Shown here one piece after another: positions 1 through 12,140 of a stretch of 64,000 nt of DNA. The position numbers and the translations under genes were made by a program. Location of the stretch: the NCBI GenBank assembly GCA_036785375.1, contig JAWMAR010000008.1:3162001-3226000 (forward strand), written 5' to 3'. Within the stretch, counting starts at the first letter, position 1. Every line of letters begins with the position of its first letter. Under the pieces are notes generated by a model. It worked only from the letters and a program-made list of their open reading frames with translations. It ran no database searches and was not told the origin of the DNA. This stretch comes from Leucoraja ocellata. Lineage: Eukaryota.

Positions 1-2570
1 GTTATGGATTCTCAAGCCAGAATGGGTTTCCCAGAAGCCTCATAGAATCCTTTATGTCTTGAGATTTTTTTTGTCATATTTCTAGACGTTAGTGATTTTG
101 ACTCAAACATCCTTCATTGGACAACTCTCTCATTCCCAGGAATTAAGAAGTGATTATAGCTACATATGTTAGTGGCATAAAACCACAACAAATCACTCTG
201 ATCAAGTGATTATAACTATGCATGTTAAAGTGGCATGGAACCAACAAATCACTCTGATCACAACTCTAACTGACACATGTGACAAATGTCAGACACTCCC
301 ATAATATTAAAGATATTCAGTATCTTATTTGATAAAAACCTTTTCCAATTTAATTCTATCAAATGTTTAATAACGGCTGTTTTCTGTAGGTGTTGGCTTA
401 ACTAGAAATATTTTTGTCACCAATTGAATCTATTTTCTTTGTTTCTGAAGGCTCCCCTTGTGCAATGGGCAAATACTGTGGCAGAAGGAGAAAATAATCA
501 ACTATTGGGAAAAGAAGTGACCTCAAGAATTCTGGTGCTACTGCCTGATTTGGAATGTAAAGGATGGTGTGTCATGGAACTCCTCAGCTCCATCCCTTTC
601 CCTCAGATACACCTTTCAACCCCCATTTCATCTACATGTCTTATCAATATCTAATGGATTTTTTTTATCAAGGAAACTCTGTAATATGTTGTGTGCTTCA
701 AGAGTTTAGGGACCAGTTTACAGCTGAGTCTTTTGCTGTTAATCTCAGTATTAGTTAACACCATCCTTGACTTGATTTGTTTTATTTTGTGACAATGTCT
801 CCAGTATTATTAAATTATAAAAATGGTGTTATTAATTTTCAGTTGCTTGGGCTTTGCTTGACAAAATGTACTGTGAGCAATGCCTGGATTATATAGCTGG
901 GTAGTAGCTCCATCCACCCCTACCATATTTGGTGCTAAAAATCATTTTTTTTAGAGTGGCAGCTGTATTCATACAAATGATGGCTCAACTGATGCTGGGA
1001 CCTGAAGTGACCAATGCAACTTTCACATATTATAGTTCTAAATGTTTGTGCACATGGCTGCCAGGACTTTGCACATGGAGGCCAAATTACCTTCCTGGCC
1101 AGAATATTCCTGGAGAGATTGATATGATTTTTAAAGTTTATTTTAAGTTTATGCAAGCTGAGAGACATTAGGACAGATTTTCCTTGTCTTCCACTCAAGG
1201 CTTCTGATGTTCATATGCACAGAAAACAAGTGCCAGCTATATTTCAGGTGTGTGTATCTCCCTGTCTGATTTTCCATTATCCATTGCACATACATGACTC
1301 AATAGCCCTAGGCTCAGGAAAATCTGCCCCAGAGTAATAAAACATGAATAACTTCACCATAGGCATGGTGTGGCAAGACGTTTACTACCTCCAGGATTAG
1401 GATTGTTGAATGAGCTCCATACGTTTCAACAATCCGATTACCTCCACAGCTAGTTTTAACTAAGATTTTTATATTATTGATGTCCTCTTAGAATTCTTCC
1501 AACGGAGTTAATTGCATAACATGTATCCAGGTTACTTTTATTTTGAATTTGAATAATTTTCCTAATCCATTCCAGTTTATAAATTTTCCCTGGATTAGAA
1601 ATACAACTTAATTGTCTTGCTGTTAAAAGATTGATCACTGTACATGGTGTTGTGAATCCCTGTGGCACTACATTGTATCTTGGGCATCATCTTTGTGAAC
1701 AACTATTTAAAAATGAGAGGTTATTTGAACAGAATCATATGCAATTATTGAATTGCATGCAAATTCAAGCTGTCTGACGTGAAAATGCAGAAGCCCACCA
1801 AAGCCACAAATGTTAAATCTATTATACCTTCCAGTTTCTGATCCTTTCCTGTGATTCCACTTTCTTGGACTCTATTTTTCTGTTTTAATTCTGTTTCTGG
1901 TGGAAAATATGATTTTCAATTTTCTTGAAAATAGTGCGGAGAGCAACTTTAGCATCTTAAGTGTTCATAGAAGCAAATGCTGAACAGTTTCTACTTTTAT
2001 TGCAACTCACCACTTTGTCCTGCAACTCTTTTAATAAATGAGATTGCTTGAAATTATGCTGTCATATGTAATACTTTACATCAGTTCTGTTGTAATAAAC
2101 ATTGTAGTAGAACTTGAGCCCCAACATTAATGTATTGCTTCAGATTTGGTGTAATGACCATCCGCTGTAAACTCTGTGACTCAAATACAGGATGGATAAT
2201 AATTCAGTACTTGCTTTTAAAATAAACAAAATTGTTTACTTTAATTTTAGTTTGTAAATCATTGAACACTACGAATAACAGCATCAGAATGAATGGGAAA
2301 AACATTAATTTCTGCACAATTTTCGCAATTCATTTTATGTGGCCAAAAGCAATGCAATCCACTATTCTGTATTTACACATGATTAACTATATTGTGAATA
2401 GCAATTAAATTATGAATGAATAACACACAATGGTACAATGAGCAACCCTTACCCTACTGACGGGGTCATCAAACAGCTACAAAATGGTAATGCTTATGCA
2501 AGAAAACCAGCAACAGTGAAAGAGAAAAGTATCATTTATATTGTTTTTATTTAAGCCCAATAAAACTACT
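1..2570 (+). other. Probable 3' UTR and polyadenylation region of the upstream gene (candidate: elastin)
   Basis: AT-rich and free of recognisable TEs. TGGTGCTA (miR-29 8-mer) at 533-540 and 930-937. Several AATAAA near 2033, 2094, 2221 and 2559. ELN lies upstream of LIMK1 in the same orientation in tetrapods. No coding exon is seen, so identity is inferred. Confidence 0.45.
148..260. repeat. Diverged tandem duplication, ~56-bp unit x2
   Basis: aagtgattata...aaatcactctgatc starts at 148 and again at 204. Confidence 0.85.
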
Positions 2571-3209
2571 TTAAAACCAATTAATCACTTTTGAACTGAA
2601 ACTGGTAACTTGCTCACAGGTAGACGACCCTGCATTAACATAAAATGAACAGATTAACCCAGAAATAAGATGGTATAAAAATGTTTCAGACGTATAGAAC
2701 ACTGAAATGGACTCTTCACCCCCACCCTGATGCCAAGATCATCTCCCTGCACAATCCATATCCCTCCATTCCCTGCATATCCATGTACCTATCTAAAAGC
2801 ATTCTAAGGGAGCTAAGGTCCTGGAACCCACGATCCTTCAGCACATCATACAAACTCATTACAGTATTCTCCCAAATGCACTTCTTTCTCTACGTGGGCA
2901 AAGTGACACAGATGACAGTAACAGCAAACATGCAGTAGGCAGATGTGGCTGCAATATCTGACAGTTGGAGAGGGCAGCCATTATTAGAGTGATTGTAACA
3001 GAGTTGGTGGTCAGCAGAGGGTGATGGTAACTTCCTTCAGCTTTATACTTGCTCTTCATCCCTCAATCTGTTCTGATTTACCAACTGCAAATGAGAGCAT
3101 GCACCTCCTACTCTCCCTCCACCTTCATCACAGACTCCGTGTATATCCTTATCCAATCCAGCCAGATGGAGATCGAAGATGATTGTGCTTACCACCATCC
3201 AGTGGCACA

Positions 3210-4180
3210 CCGGTAGATAAACAACTGGCCTGGATGGTGTTCCTGTCCATGTCCTAAAAACTTGGGTGGACCAGTTGACAGGACTTTGAGGCCATTTTTA
3301 ACCTCCCCCTACTCCATTCTGAGATTTCCCACCTGCTTTGAGAGGACCTCGATCATCCAACGGCCAAAGAACTGCAAGGTAGTGTGCCTGAATGATTACC
3401 ATCTGACATCCACCATTATGAAATGTTTCAAGAGACTGATCATGACATACATCTCCCTCAGCGAGGTGAATCAGTTAGTTATTGACTACAGGAAGTGTGG
3501 TGAAGTATGTGCCCCAGTCAGCTTCACTGGTCCCGAAGTGCAAAGTTTCAAGTTCCTTGGCATAACATTGCCAACGATTTGTCAGGACCAAGCACATTGA
3601 AGCGAAATCCAAGAAGGTACCTCATTGCCTTTACTTCCTCAAAACATTGCGGAAATTTGGCATGTCTCCAATGACTCTTTACAAACTTCTACAGATACAG
3701 CATAGAAAGCATACCGTCACAATACACCACAGCTTGGTTGGGGAAAACACTGCCCGGCCGCAAGAAATTTCAGAGAGTTGTGGATGTAGCCAGTCCATCA
3801 CACAGATTACACACCCCACCATTGATTCCATCTACACTTCATAATGCATCAGAAAAGTAGGCAACATAATCAAAAACTTGTCCCAAACTGGTAATTCCTA
3901 CTTCTCCCTGGTCCCATCAGGCAGAGTATACAGAAGCTCAAAAGTGTGCACCACCAGTCTGCGGAACTGTTTATTTGTCTGCTATCAGGCTGCTGAATTG
4001 TCCTTCCATACTGTTCGATTCACCTCTACCCCAATGTGGACATTGGACTTTATCTCGAGAACCTGTCTGCGTTATAACACTGAGAACTATATTCTGCATT
4101 CTGTATCTTCCCCTTTGCTTGTTCGTATTTGTGTGTAGTATTTTCTGATTTGATTGGATAACATGCAAAACAAAGTATTT
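3210..4180 (+). mobile_element. Degenerate Rex1/Babar-type LINE fragment with internal deletions
   Basis: ORF 3262-3600 contains PTCFERTSIIQRPK..VVCLNDYH..LTSTIMKCFKRLI, matching the Rex1 RT motif PxCFKxSxIIPVPK..CLNDYRPVALTSxIMKCFERLV. A Rex-type 3' end follows. Confidence 0.75.
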
Positions 4181-4184
4181 CGTA

Positions 4185-5765
4185 AGTTCGTGTCATAGGA
4201 GCAGAATTAAGCTACTTGGCCCATCGAGTCTACTCTGCCATTCAATCATGACTGATCTATCTTTCCCTCTAAACCCATTCTCCTGCCTTCTTTCCATAAC
4301 CCTTACTAATCAAAAATCTGTCAATTTCTGCCTTAAAAATACCCGATGACACCCTTCACAGAAGTCTGTGGCAATTAATTCCACAGATTCACCATCCTCT
4401 AACTCAAGAGATTCCTCCTCGTCCCCTTTCTAAAGGTACGTATTTTTATTCTGAGGCTCTGGCCCCAGACTCTCCCACAAGTGGAAACATCCTTTCCACA
4501 TCCACTCTATCCAGGCCTTTCACTATTCAGTAAGTTTCAATGAGGGCCCTCTCTTCCTTCTAAACCTCAGTGAGTACAGGCCCAGTGTAATCAAACTCTC
4601 ATCATATGTTAACCCAATCATCCCCAGGTTCATTCTTGAAAACCTCCTCTGTACATTCTCCAAAGCCAACACATCCTTCCTCATATATGGAGCTCAAAGC
4701 TGCTCACAATAATCCAGATGGGGTCTGACCAGTCTCAGCAGTACATCCCTGTTATTATATTCTAGTCCTCTCAAAAGCCTCAGCAGTACATCCGTTATTA
4801 TATTCTAGTCCTCTGAAAATAAATGCCAACATTGCATTTGTCATCTTTACTATCGATTCAACTTGCAAACTAACCTTTTTGGAATCCTGCACCAGCACTC
4901 CCAAGTCCCTTTCCACCTCTAATTTCTGAATCCTCTGCCATTTAGAAAATAGTCTATGCTTTTATTCCAACTACCAAAAATGCATGACTGCACACTTTAC
5001 TATGCTGTAATCCATCTGCCACTTATTTGCGCATTCTCCAACCTGTCCAAGTCCTTTTGCAGAGTCCCTGTTTTCTCTACACTACCTGCCCTTCCAACTA
5101 TCTTTGTATCATCTGCTAACTTGGCCACAAAGCCTTCAATCCAAATCTTTGATACACAAGGTGAAGAGTAGTGGCCCCAGCACAGACCCCTGCAGAACAC
5201 CACTGGACACTGGCAGCCAACCAGAAAAAGATCCCTTTTTCCAACTCTTTGCCTTCTGCCATTAGCCAACCTTCTATCCATACTAATATCTTACCTCTAA
5301 TACCACAGACTCTCATCTTCTTTAACAGTCTCATGCACGACATCTTAACAAAAACATTCTGAAAATCCAGGTAAACAACATCCACTGACTCTCCTTTATC
5401 TATCCTGCTATTTACTTCCTCAAAGAATTTCAACAGATTTGTCAGGTAAGATCTCCCCTTTACAAAACAATGCTGACTTCAGCCTATTTCATCGTGTATT
5501 CAGAAACCTCCTCCTTTATAATGGACCCTAAAATCTTACCAACCACTGATGTCAGGCTAACCAGCCTATAGTTTCCACTCTTCTGCTTCGCTCCCTTCTT
5601 GAACAGCAGAGTAACATTTGCATCTCTGGGACCGCTCCTGACTCCAGTGATTCTGGAAAGATCACCACCTCCACAATCTCTAAAGCTACCTCTTTTAGAA
5701 CTCTGGAGTGTACTCCATCTGGTCCAGGTGAGTTATCCACCTTCAGACTTTTCAGCTTCTCAAAC
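4185..5765 (-). mobile_element. Degenerate CR1 LINE (RT region and 3' end, frameshifted)
   Basis: Minus-strand pieces SPGPDGVHSRVLKEVA, VDVVYLDFQNVF and AKLADDTKIVG. Similar to the CR1 at 15352-16637. Small internal tandem duplication at ~4734-4818. Confidence 0.9.
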
Positions 5766-7443
5766 GCCTACTAAATGAACGGTAAACTCTCCAATTTTAT
5801 CTACCCCCCTTTTTATCTACCTAGTTGTTTCCCCTCCCATGTGCATACATTTGTTTCCACACTACTTCCACCATCCGCAGTTTGTTTCTCCTTCTCCATT
5901 TGCTCAACTCCCATTTCTCCTTCCTCAAAGTTTCCTATTTTCACTTCCTTATCCCCACTTTCCTGCAGAGTATCTCCAATTTTTATTTTTACTTTAAATT
6001 AGTGCGAGGTTAAAATTGCCTCATACAGTTTCCATCTTGAAATATATTCCTTCAGGAAACACTAACTATTTGAAACTTAGTTAGATAAATGTTTTCCCTG
6101 ATAAAAACATCTATCAGAGATTATATCATCAGGCTGGTTGTTCCATTATTTTAATGGAAAGTTCCATTCTTTTCCCACCTTTGAAAGATTCATTATATGA
6201 CCTCTTCCTCTTAACTAAGGATGGGCCAATCAATATCCACAATAAGTTCAACGCATAACTTCATCAACTATCTGCACTACACTTTCTTCTACATCACTTT
6301 ATTTAACGAGTCCAATCCATTCTCCCCATTTCTCATCTGTTCTGATAATGTCAACTCACGTCTACCTTCAAAAGCTTGAAAGACTGGGATGTCCAGACTT
6401 AAAAACAGCTTATTCCTCACTGTTTTCATATTCCTGAACCAATCACCTCCATATCACAACCTCTTCTTGGAGGTTCTGAAACATATTCTTACAACACTAC
6501 CTGATTTGGTTATTCCATTATGGCACTTTAGTATTTTAGCAGTACCACATCATTATTTATCATTAAGTGTGTTGATATTAGCCATAGAGTCATACAGCAT
6601 TGAAACAGACCCTTCAGCCCAAGCTGTCTTATAAACAATCAAGTGAACACGGATTTCATGTTTATTTGCATTAAGCAGAAGCAGCTGAACATGTTCAGGT
6701 TGCACTGATGTTTATTTACCATCTGTTCCGACAAGTATCTTGCATAAGCCTTTGCACTTTTCACTAATTGACTACACCGTGACCCCATTACAAAGTGCTT
6801 AGCGCTGTTACTGGAGTTGCAGTGTGATACATTATTCATTTGTGTGACTTTTGTAGGATGCCCAGGTATCCATAATGCAGTACATATTCGGGGGAATAAA
6901 AAAATAAATTAACCAGTGTGAACGTGGAAATTAAATTCTGACCTTCCACTGCGGGGTTCGTTAATTAATCAACGTGCATCCATAGTGTTACATGAGATGC
7001 ACTAGTGTCCATCTGGACGCTGCAACAGAGAGTTGGGCTGGTGCACACCAGTATTAGAGGGGGTGCACCAGTGTGCAGCTGTAGTGGATGCGGTCGTGTG
7101 CACTTCAGTGTTGCGGGTGTGTGTTCCAGTGTACATTCGCTGTGCAGCAGGATTGCATTGCTATTTCTGCCCCCGTCTGCAAGAGAACACTGAGGCGATT
7201 GCTTACACTGGGAATTGCATTTGTTATTAAGCTTTCTCCTGCAGGAGTTACGCCGTTGCGTGTCCTGAGCGCCGGATGGTGCGCAGTTTGAGAGATCCTC
7301 CTGCGAGTCTTCGGGGGCAGTTCCCGGTCGGCCCGCCCGCCCGTGTGAGCGAGGAAAGTGGAGGCGAGAAGCCGGCGGCTGCACTGTCCGTCTCGCTGGG
7401 TCGGCGCTCTCCCATTTAGCGGTGTCAAGGCTGCCGGGCGTGG

Positions 7444-7501
7444 ATGTGGTTGATGCTGCTGTGCTGCACCTGGAGGGACGATCGGATGGGAGAAGAGGAG
7501 G
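7444..7501 (+). CDS. LIMK1: LIMK1 coding exon 1 (MWLMLLCCTWRDDRMGEEE-G)
   Basis: ATG at 7444, in-frame upstream TAG at 7417-7419, phase-1 donor G|GTGGGT. Confidence 0.92.
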
Positions 7502-7625
7502 GTGGGTACGCCGACTTGCTGCATCGCTCTGCTCGATGCCCGTGCACTTTGTTGCCCTTCTCTTCCCCTCCGCTCCGCTAATTCCACCGCACACTCTCGT
7601 TTGCATCCGTGCGGATCGCTACCCG

Positions 7626-7656
7626 GCCTTCCTTCCTTCCTTCCTTCCTTCCTTCC
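7626..7656. repeat. (CCTT)n microsatellite in intron 1
   Basis: About 7 consecutive CCTT units. Confidence 0.95.
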
Positions 7657-7975
7657 CTGGTGACCAGGGCTGCGGCCCCGAGGCTGCTCTGTACGTGGCC
7701 CTGACCTACCTAGTGTGTTGGTGTTTATGCTGCTTTGCGGATGCGTGCTCTCCTAGGCTACATTATAATAAATCACAGCGACCCAATGTCTGGTTGCAGC
7801 AGAGCGAATGGCCTTGCCGGGCATCATGCGGTGGCTTTGTGTGTTGTGTCTATGGGTGTAGCTGCCCTCTAAGGCCTTCTCCTGTGTGTGTGTTGGGCCT
7901 GGCTGGGTCAGGACAGGCACATACTGGGCGGCGCTCACTAATTACAGTGTCTTCATTTGCTGTCTCGGGTTACAG

Positions 7976-8072
7976 GGGGACGTTTGCCTTGCTGTGCGGG
8001 ATGTGGCCGCTCCATCTATGATGGTCAATACCTTCAGGCTCTTAATACAGACTGGCACAACGCCTGCTTCAG
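7976..8072 (+). CDS. LIMK1: LIMK1 exon 2 (LIM1 first half: [32 protein letters not shown])
   Basis: ttacag| acceptor, AG|GTAGGT donor, 97 nt. Confidence 0.96.
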
Positions 8073-8359
8073 GTAGGTACCCAAGGCCCTCCCTTCCTGT
8101 GTACTTTACACCGCGTTAATATTAAAACTTGTCTTTTTGTTCGGAAACGAACGCACTGAGAACATAGTGTATCATATTCACTGCACGTTGCTGTCCATAT
8201 AGTACATGCTGTGCTGTTCAAAATCTAAAATGTGCTGCTCAGAACATCAGAGTACGGCACATGGTGCACAGTTGATGTATCACAGTGAATATAATTGCGT
8301 GTATAATATGCCTAGTGTTGCACTGCCCGGAAAACAAAACTAAGGGACAAACAAACGTT

Positions 8360-8575
8360 TCAGAATAAGAGGTTGCCATTTTACTACAGAGATATGGACT
8401 TTCCTCTCCAAAAGCTGTCAGTCCTTGGAATTCTCTACTTCAGAGAGTTGTGGGGGTTGAACCATTGAAGTTATCAAGGCTTAAGACAAATTGTGGAGAG
8501 CAAACAGGAAGGTGGAGCTGAGGTCAAGATCAGGTCGACCATGTTGGTGGAGCAGACTTGGTTTGAATGGAGGAC
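8360..8575 (+). mobile_element. Old CR1 3'-end fragment
   Basis: Resembles the CR1 C-terminal and 3' UTR sequence (agaataagaggttgccatttt...tggaattctctacttcagagagttgtgg). Confidence 0.6.
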
Positions 8576-11500
8576 ACTTGCTTCAGTTGGCTATTCGATG
8601 CTGTTTCTCAACAAACGTGGGATTTGTTTTAGGAGTTAATGGTGAAATTGTGAAAAGAACGGAGGTACCAGAAGGGACGATGTTACATCATAGCCACGAG
8701 AGCAGTTGCTGGCGATGCTTTGAAATAGAGAAGGGATGAGTTGGAGGTGTTGCAAATTGCGATGCAGAAAGAGCTTGTTGAGTTGATGCTTGATTGTAAG
8801 ACTAAGCCGGCCATTCCCATTCCCTGCAAGCCTGCAGTTCATCTTTTCTCCAGTGCATTTCCCTTGAGAAACTCTTGATCGACTGTGAAAGTTGTAAACA
8901 TTCCTACTGCCCCTCCTTTGTATTCCCCACCCCCCTCCCACCCCACATAGCTCTTTTAAACCACACCCTTGTTTTTGAACAGCCCATTTAAAACCGGTCA
9001 AAAGTTTGTACACCTTCAAGCCTCGGGACTTGACTGCATGAGCAAACCCCAACTTTTCCAGTCTAACCAGTTCATCTCTGGAAATAAGGTAGTGAATCAT
9101 TTCTACTGATTTCTCTGGGATCTTCACATCCAGTTATCCCCTTAACATTGCATTCAGCACCAATTCTTAGCCTGAACAAGTTCAAGATAACTTTCCTGCT
9201 TTTGCGTGGTATGCTTCTTTCTATAAGTACCAGGATCCCATGAAGATGTGGGAAGATACTTTAAAAGAAAAAACAAGGTTGGGAAGAAATCCCGATATTA
9301 GATAATTATAACTCTGGAATAAAACTGAAAATACTGGATTAGACGGGAATAGACATAGATGGTGGGTTACTTGTAGACCTTGAGGAGGAGGTGAAAGGGC
9401 AGTGTATGGTTAGGATGGAGGTTGTGGAGGAAGATCTCTGGAGATGAGGTCAGTGATCATTCTTTGTTTTGGTCTTTATGGCCAGATTCTTCACTTCAGA
9501 TTCATTGGCTATCATTTTTACTTCCTGTTGTTGCTGAAATGGAAATTTGCCAGTTTTGACACTTTACTAAACTTTGGTTCACCTTACTCCTTCCTTTCAA
9601 CCTCCCTATTTCAGGTCCCTCCCAGAGCCATTGTAATCTTCCCCACATCCCTGTCTTCCCTGTTCAATGGAACATTTCCAATCTTTGCAACATTACCTCT
9701 GCTATACACACTTTCCTTGCTGCCTGTAAATGCTTTGTGAAGGGACCGTTCCCTTCACAAAGCTCCGGTTTCCTTCATTAACATTGTCACCAAATCTTCT
9801 CCAATGTATTTGATGCCCTTTTGCCTCCCTCTCCACAGCATCTTGAGTCCCCAAAGTCTTTTAACATGAAACAGTGATTACTTGCAATATTTTCAATTTA
9901 GTAATAAATGTAGTCTCCTTAATTCCAACGATGCCCAAAGGAATTACTGTGAAATACTTCTGTCCCGTTCGCAGGTATAGCCATGTCTAGCTGCAGAAGG
10001 ATGTGATAGCAGTGTAGTTCGTAATGATTTGTGAGCACATTGCCAGGACTCGAGGCTTTTAACTGAGACTAAGTTGAGATCCTTTATTTTGGAACAAAGG
10101 AGACTGAGGGGAGGTTGAGTTTGTACTAAAACACGGATCTTGGTGAATAAGCTGAAACGACCTATTGCCCTCTGTGGAAAGTTGGTCAGCAGTGAGCATA
10201 TGGTTTGGTAAAGGATTGTAGGGGAGGTGAGATTTTGCACTGGATGAGCACTGGAGTCTGGAACCTGCTGTCTGAAGGTATGATGAGGAGTGGGCCAAAA
10301 GCTGGGTATTGGGCATCATGGGCAGTGGGCCAAAAGTCGGGTATGGGGCATCGTGATTAGCTAGTGCAGCACCATAGACTCATTCACCTGTTTTTGCTGT
10401 AAAATGCCATGATTTCTAGGTTTATTCAAGCATATCACAGCATTCTGTACTCAACGTTGAGTTCAATAGTTTATAGTAATGATTCTACCAGTTATATTAA
10501 ACCTTCTCTGGACCTACTCTTGGTCTGTAATCACCCTTGTCATCATCCCTCGTGTTTTTTAATTTGTCATATCACATGTTTTTCCTTTCTTCCCCATTCA
10601 CCACTTCCTTTACATTTGAAAACTTTTCATCGTTTTCAGTTCTGATGGAAGATGTTAGTTGCCTGTCTTCACGCAAGCTGAATAATTTGCATAGTGCAAT
10701 TTGCTTTCATATTCATAATCACTTCCATAGTTAGTGCATCTAAAGTGAATTTCTAAATTGCATGGATGGAGTTAAGTGCTGATGAAAATACTTGAAATAT
10801 GGGAGTCATTTTAAATAAAGGCATTACACAAGTGGTGTTTTGGCACATGTGCAACTTTTTGTACGGGTAATTGTACTTCTAACTATGCATCAAGAGCGCA
10901 GGTAATATTGCACGTAGATATGCCAAAGTACTAATGACACAAAGTTAATTCATAGCTGTGCTGTTAGGGACTGATCTGTTGATGCAATGGTGCTGAGCAT
11001 TCGGATAGTATTGGGGGAATTTAGTGTGTAAGCAATGTCAATGATTAATTTATAGTATAGATCTATACGCGACCTAATGTCTGCCAGACTTGGATATTAG
11101 AGTCAAAATGAATTATTGCCAATTGTAAGTTTAAGTTAAGTACTGTTCGAAATTAAGCATGCGGTATAGCATTTCCCAATTATAGAGAAGTTCTGCAAGA
11201 CTTTTGTAAGAGTTGTTTAGAAATCTGCAATCCAAATATTTTTAGTGATATATTGTACTGTTAGTCTGCTGGGTGTTGTGTGTGAGATTTTACCGTAGCC
11301 CATTGATTTTCTTTTTATTGTGTGAAAACCATTCCAGGTTAATAAAACAAAAATTGCAGATTCCAAAACCTAAAGTGCTTGAGATACTTGACGATGAGAG
11401 ATGTGGCAGTATCTATGGAGAGTGAAATAAAATTAATGTTTCAGATTGACCTTTCAGCAGATATGGAAATGTAGGAAAAGTGCATTTTAAGTTGCAGAGT

Positions 11501-11704
11501 GGAGGAAGTGGTGGAGAGGACAACGGGGATGTCTGTGACAGGATGGAGCCCAAGGTTTTCTCGGAAATGCATTGTTATTCGGTGCTATCCAGGAGAAGGT
11601 GCTGAAGGTTTGTTCATTAGAGCTGGTTTGTCTGGAGGAGGTGCAAATAAGAGTTGTAGGAGGACAATGGAGGTAAAGGAACAATATTGGAACTGAGTCA
11701 GAAC

Positions 11705-12140
11705 TAGGGTTGCCAACTTTCTCACTCACAAATAAGTAGCAAACGGTCAAAATAAGGGACAAATTCCCGACGGCAATTCATTGACCGATTCGACCGTGGC
11801 TGGGTGAATGACGAGTTGGCCCGGGTGCTGAACTGTTCACAAAGCCCAGCCGGCGGGCCAGCTGAGGAGTTTTGGCTCGGACGCCGGACTATGCGAGTGA
11901 CGTCACACGCAAAGTCCAGCACCCCATCCAACTCATGAACTGATGATTGGCCATTAGAAGGAGGGGTGGTGGTGTTGGCAGTAAGCAAAGGTCCAAAGGT
12001 CGGACAGCTGGCCGGCTTCTGATCGACGGGGGCTATGGGCGAGCAGACAAATACGGGACAAGGGCGGTCCCGTATGGGCCAAACCAATTTAGCCCAATAT
12101 ACGGAATGTCCTGGCTAATACAGGACAGTTGGCAACCCTA
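11705..12140. mobile_element. Non-autonomous hAT (Blackjack/Tip100-like) MITE
   Basis: 14-bp TIR TAGGGTTGCCAACT (11705-11718) and AGTTGGCAACCCTA (12127-12140). 8-bp TSD gtcagaac/gtcagagc with 1 mismatch. CpG-rich interior. Confidence 0.92.

Larger units (their letters stand above)
7240..7950. promoter_or_regulatory. CpG island covering the LIMK1 promoter, 5' UTR and intron 1
   Basis: Sharp rise in GC and CpG density against CpG-depleted flanks; contains the start-codon exon. Confidence 0.8.

Noticed and set aside
6965-8021. Long overlapping ORFs (213, 199 and 160 aa) on both strands
   Set aside because: They reflect stop-codon scarcity in the GC-rich CpG island and have no domain similarity. 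The real coding parts are exons 7444-7501 and 7976-8072 in another frame.
8625-8670. Exon-like segment (ttttag|GAGTT...GGAG|gtacca) in intron 2
   Set aside because: No homology to LIMK, weak donor, and insertion would split LIM1.
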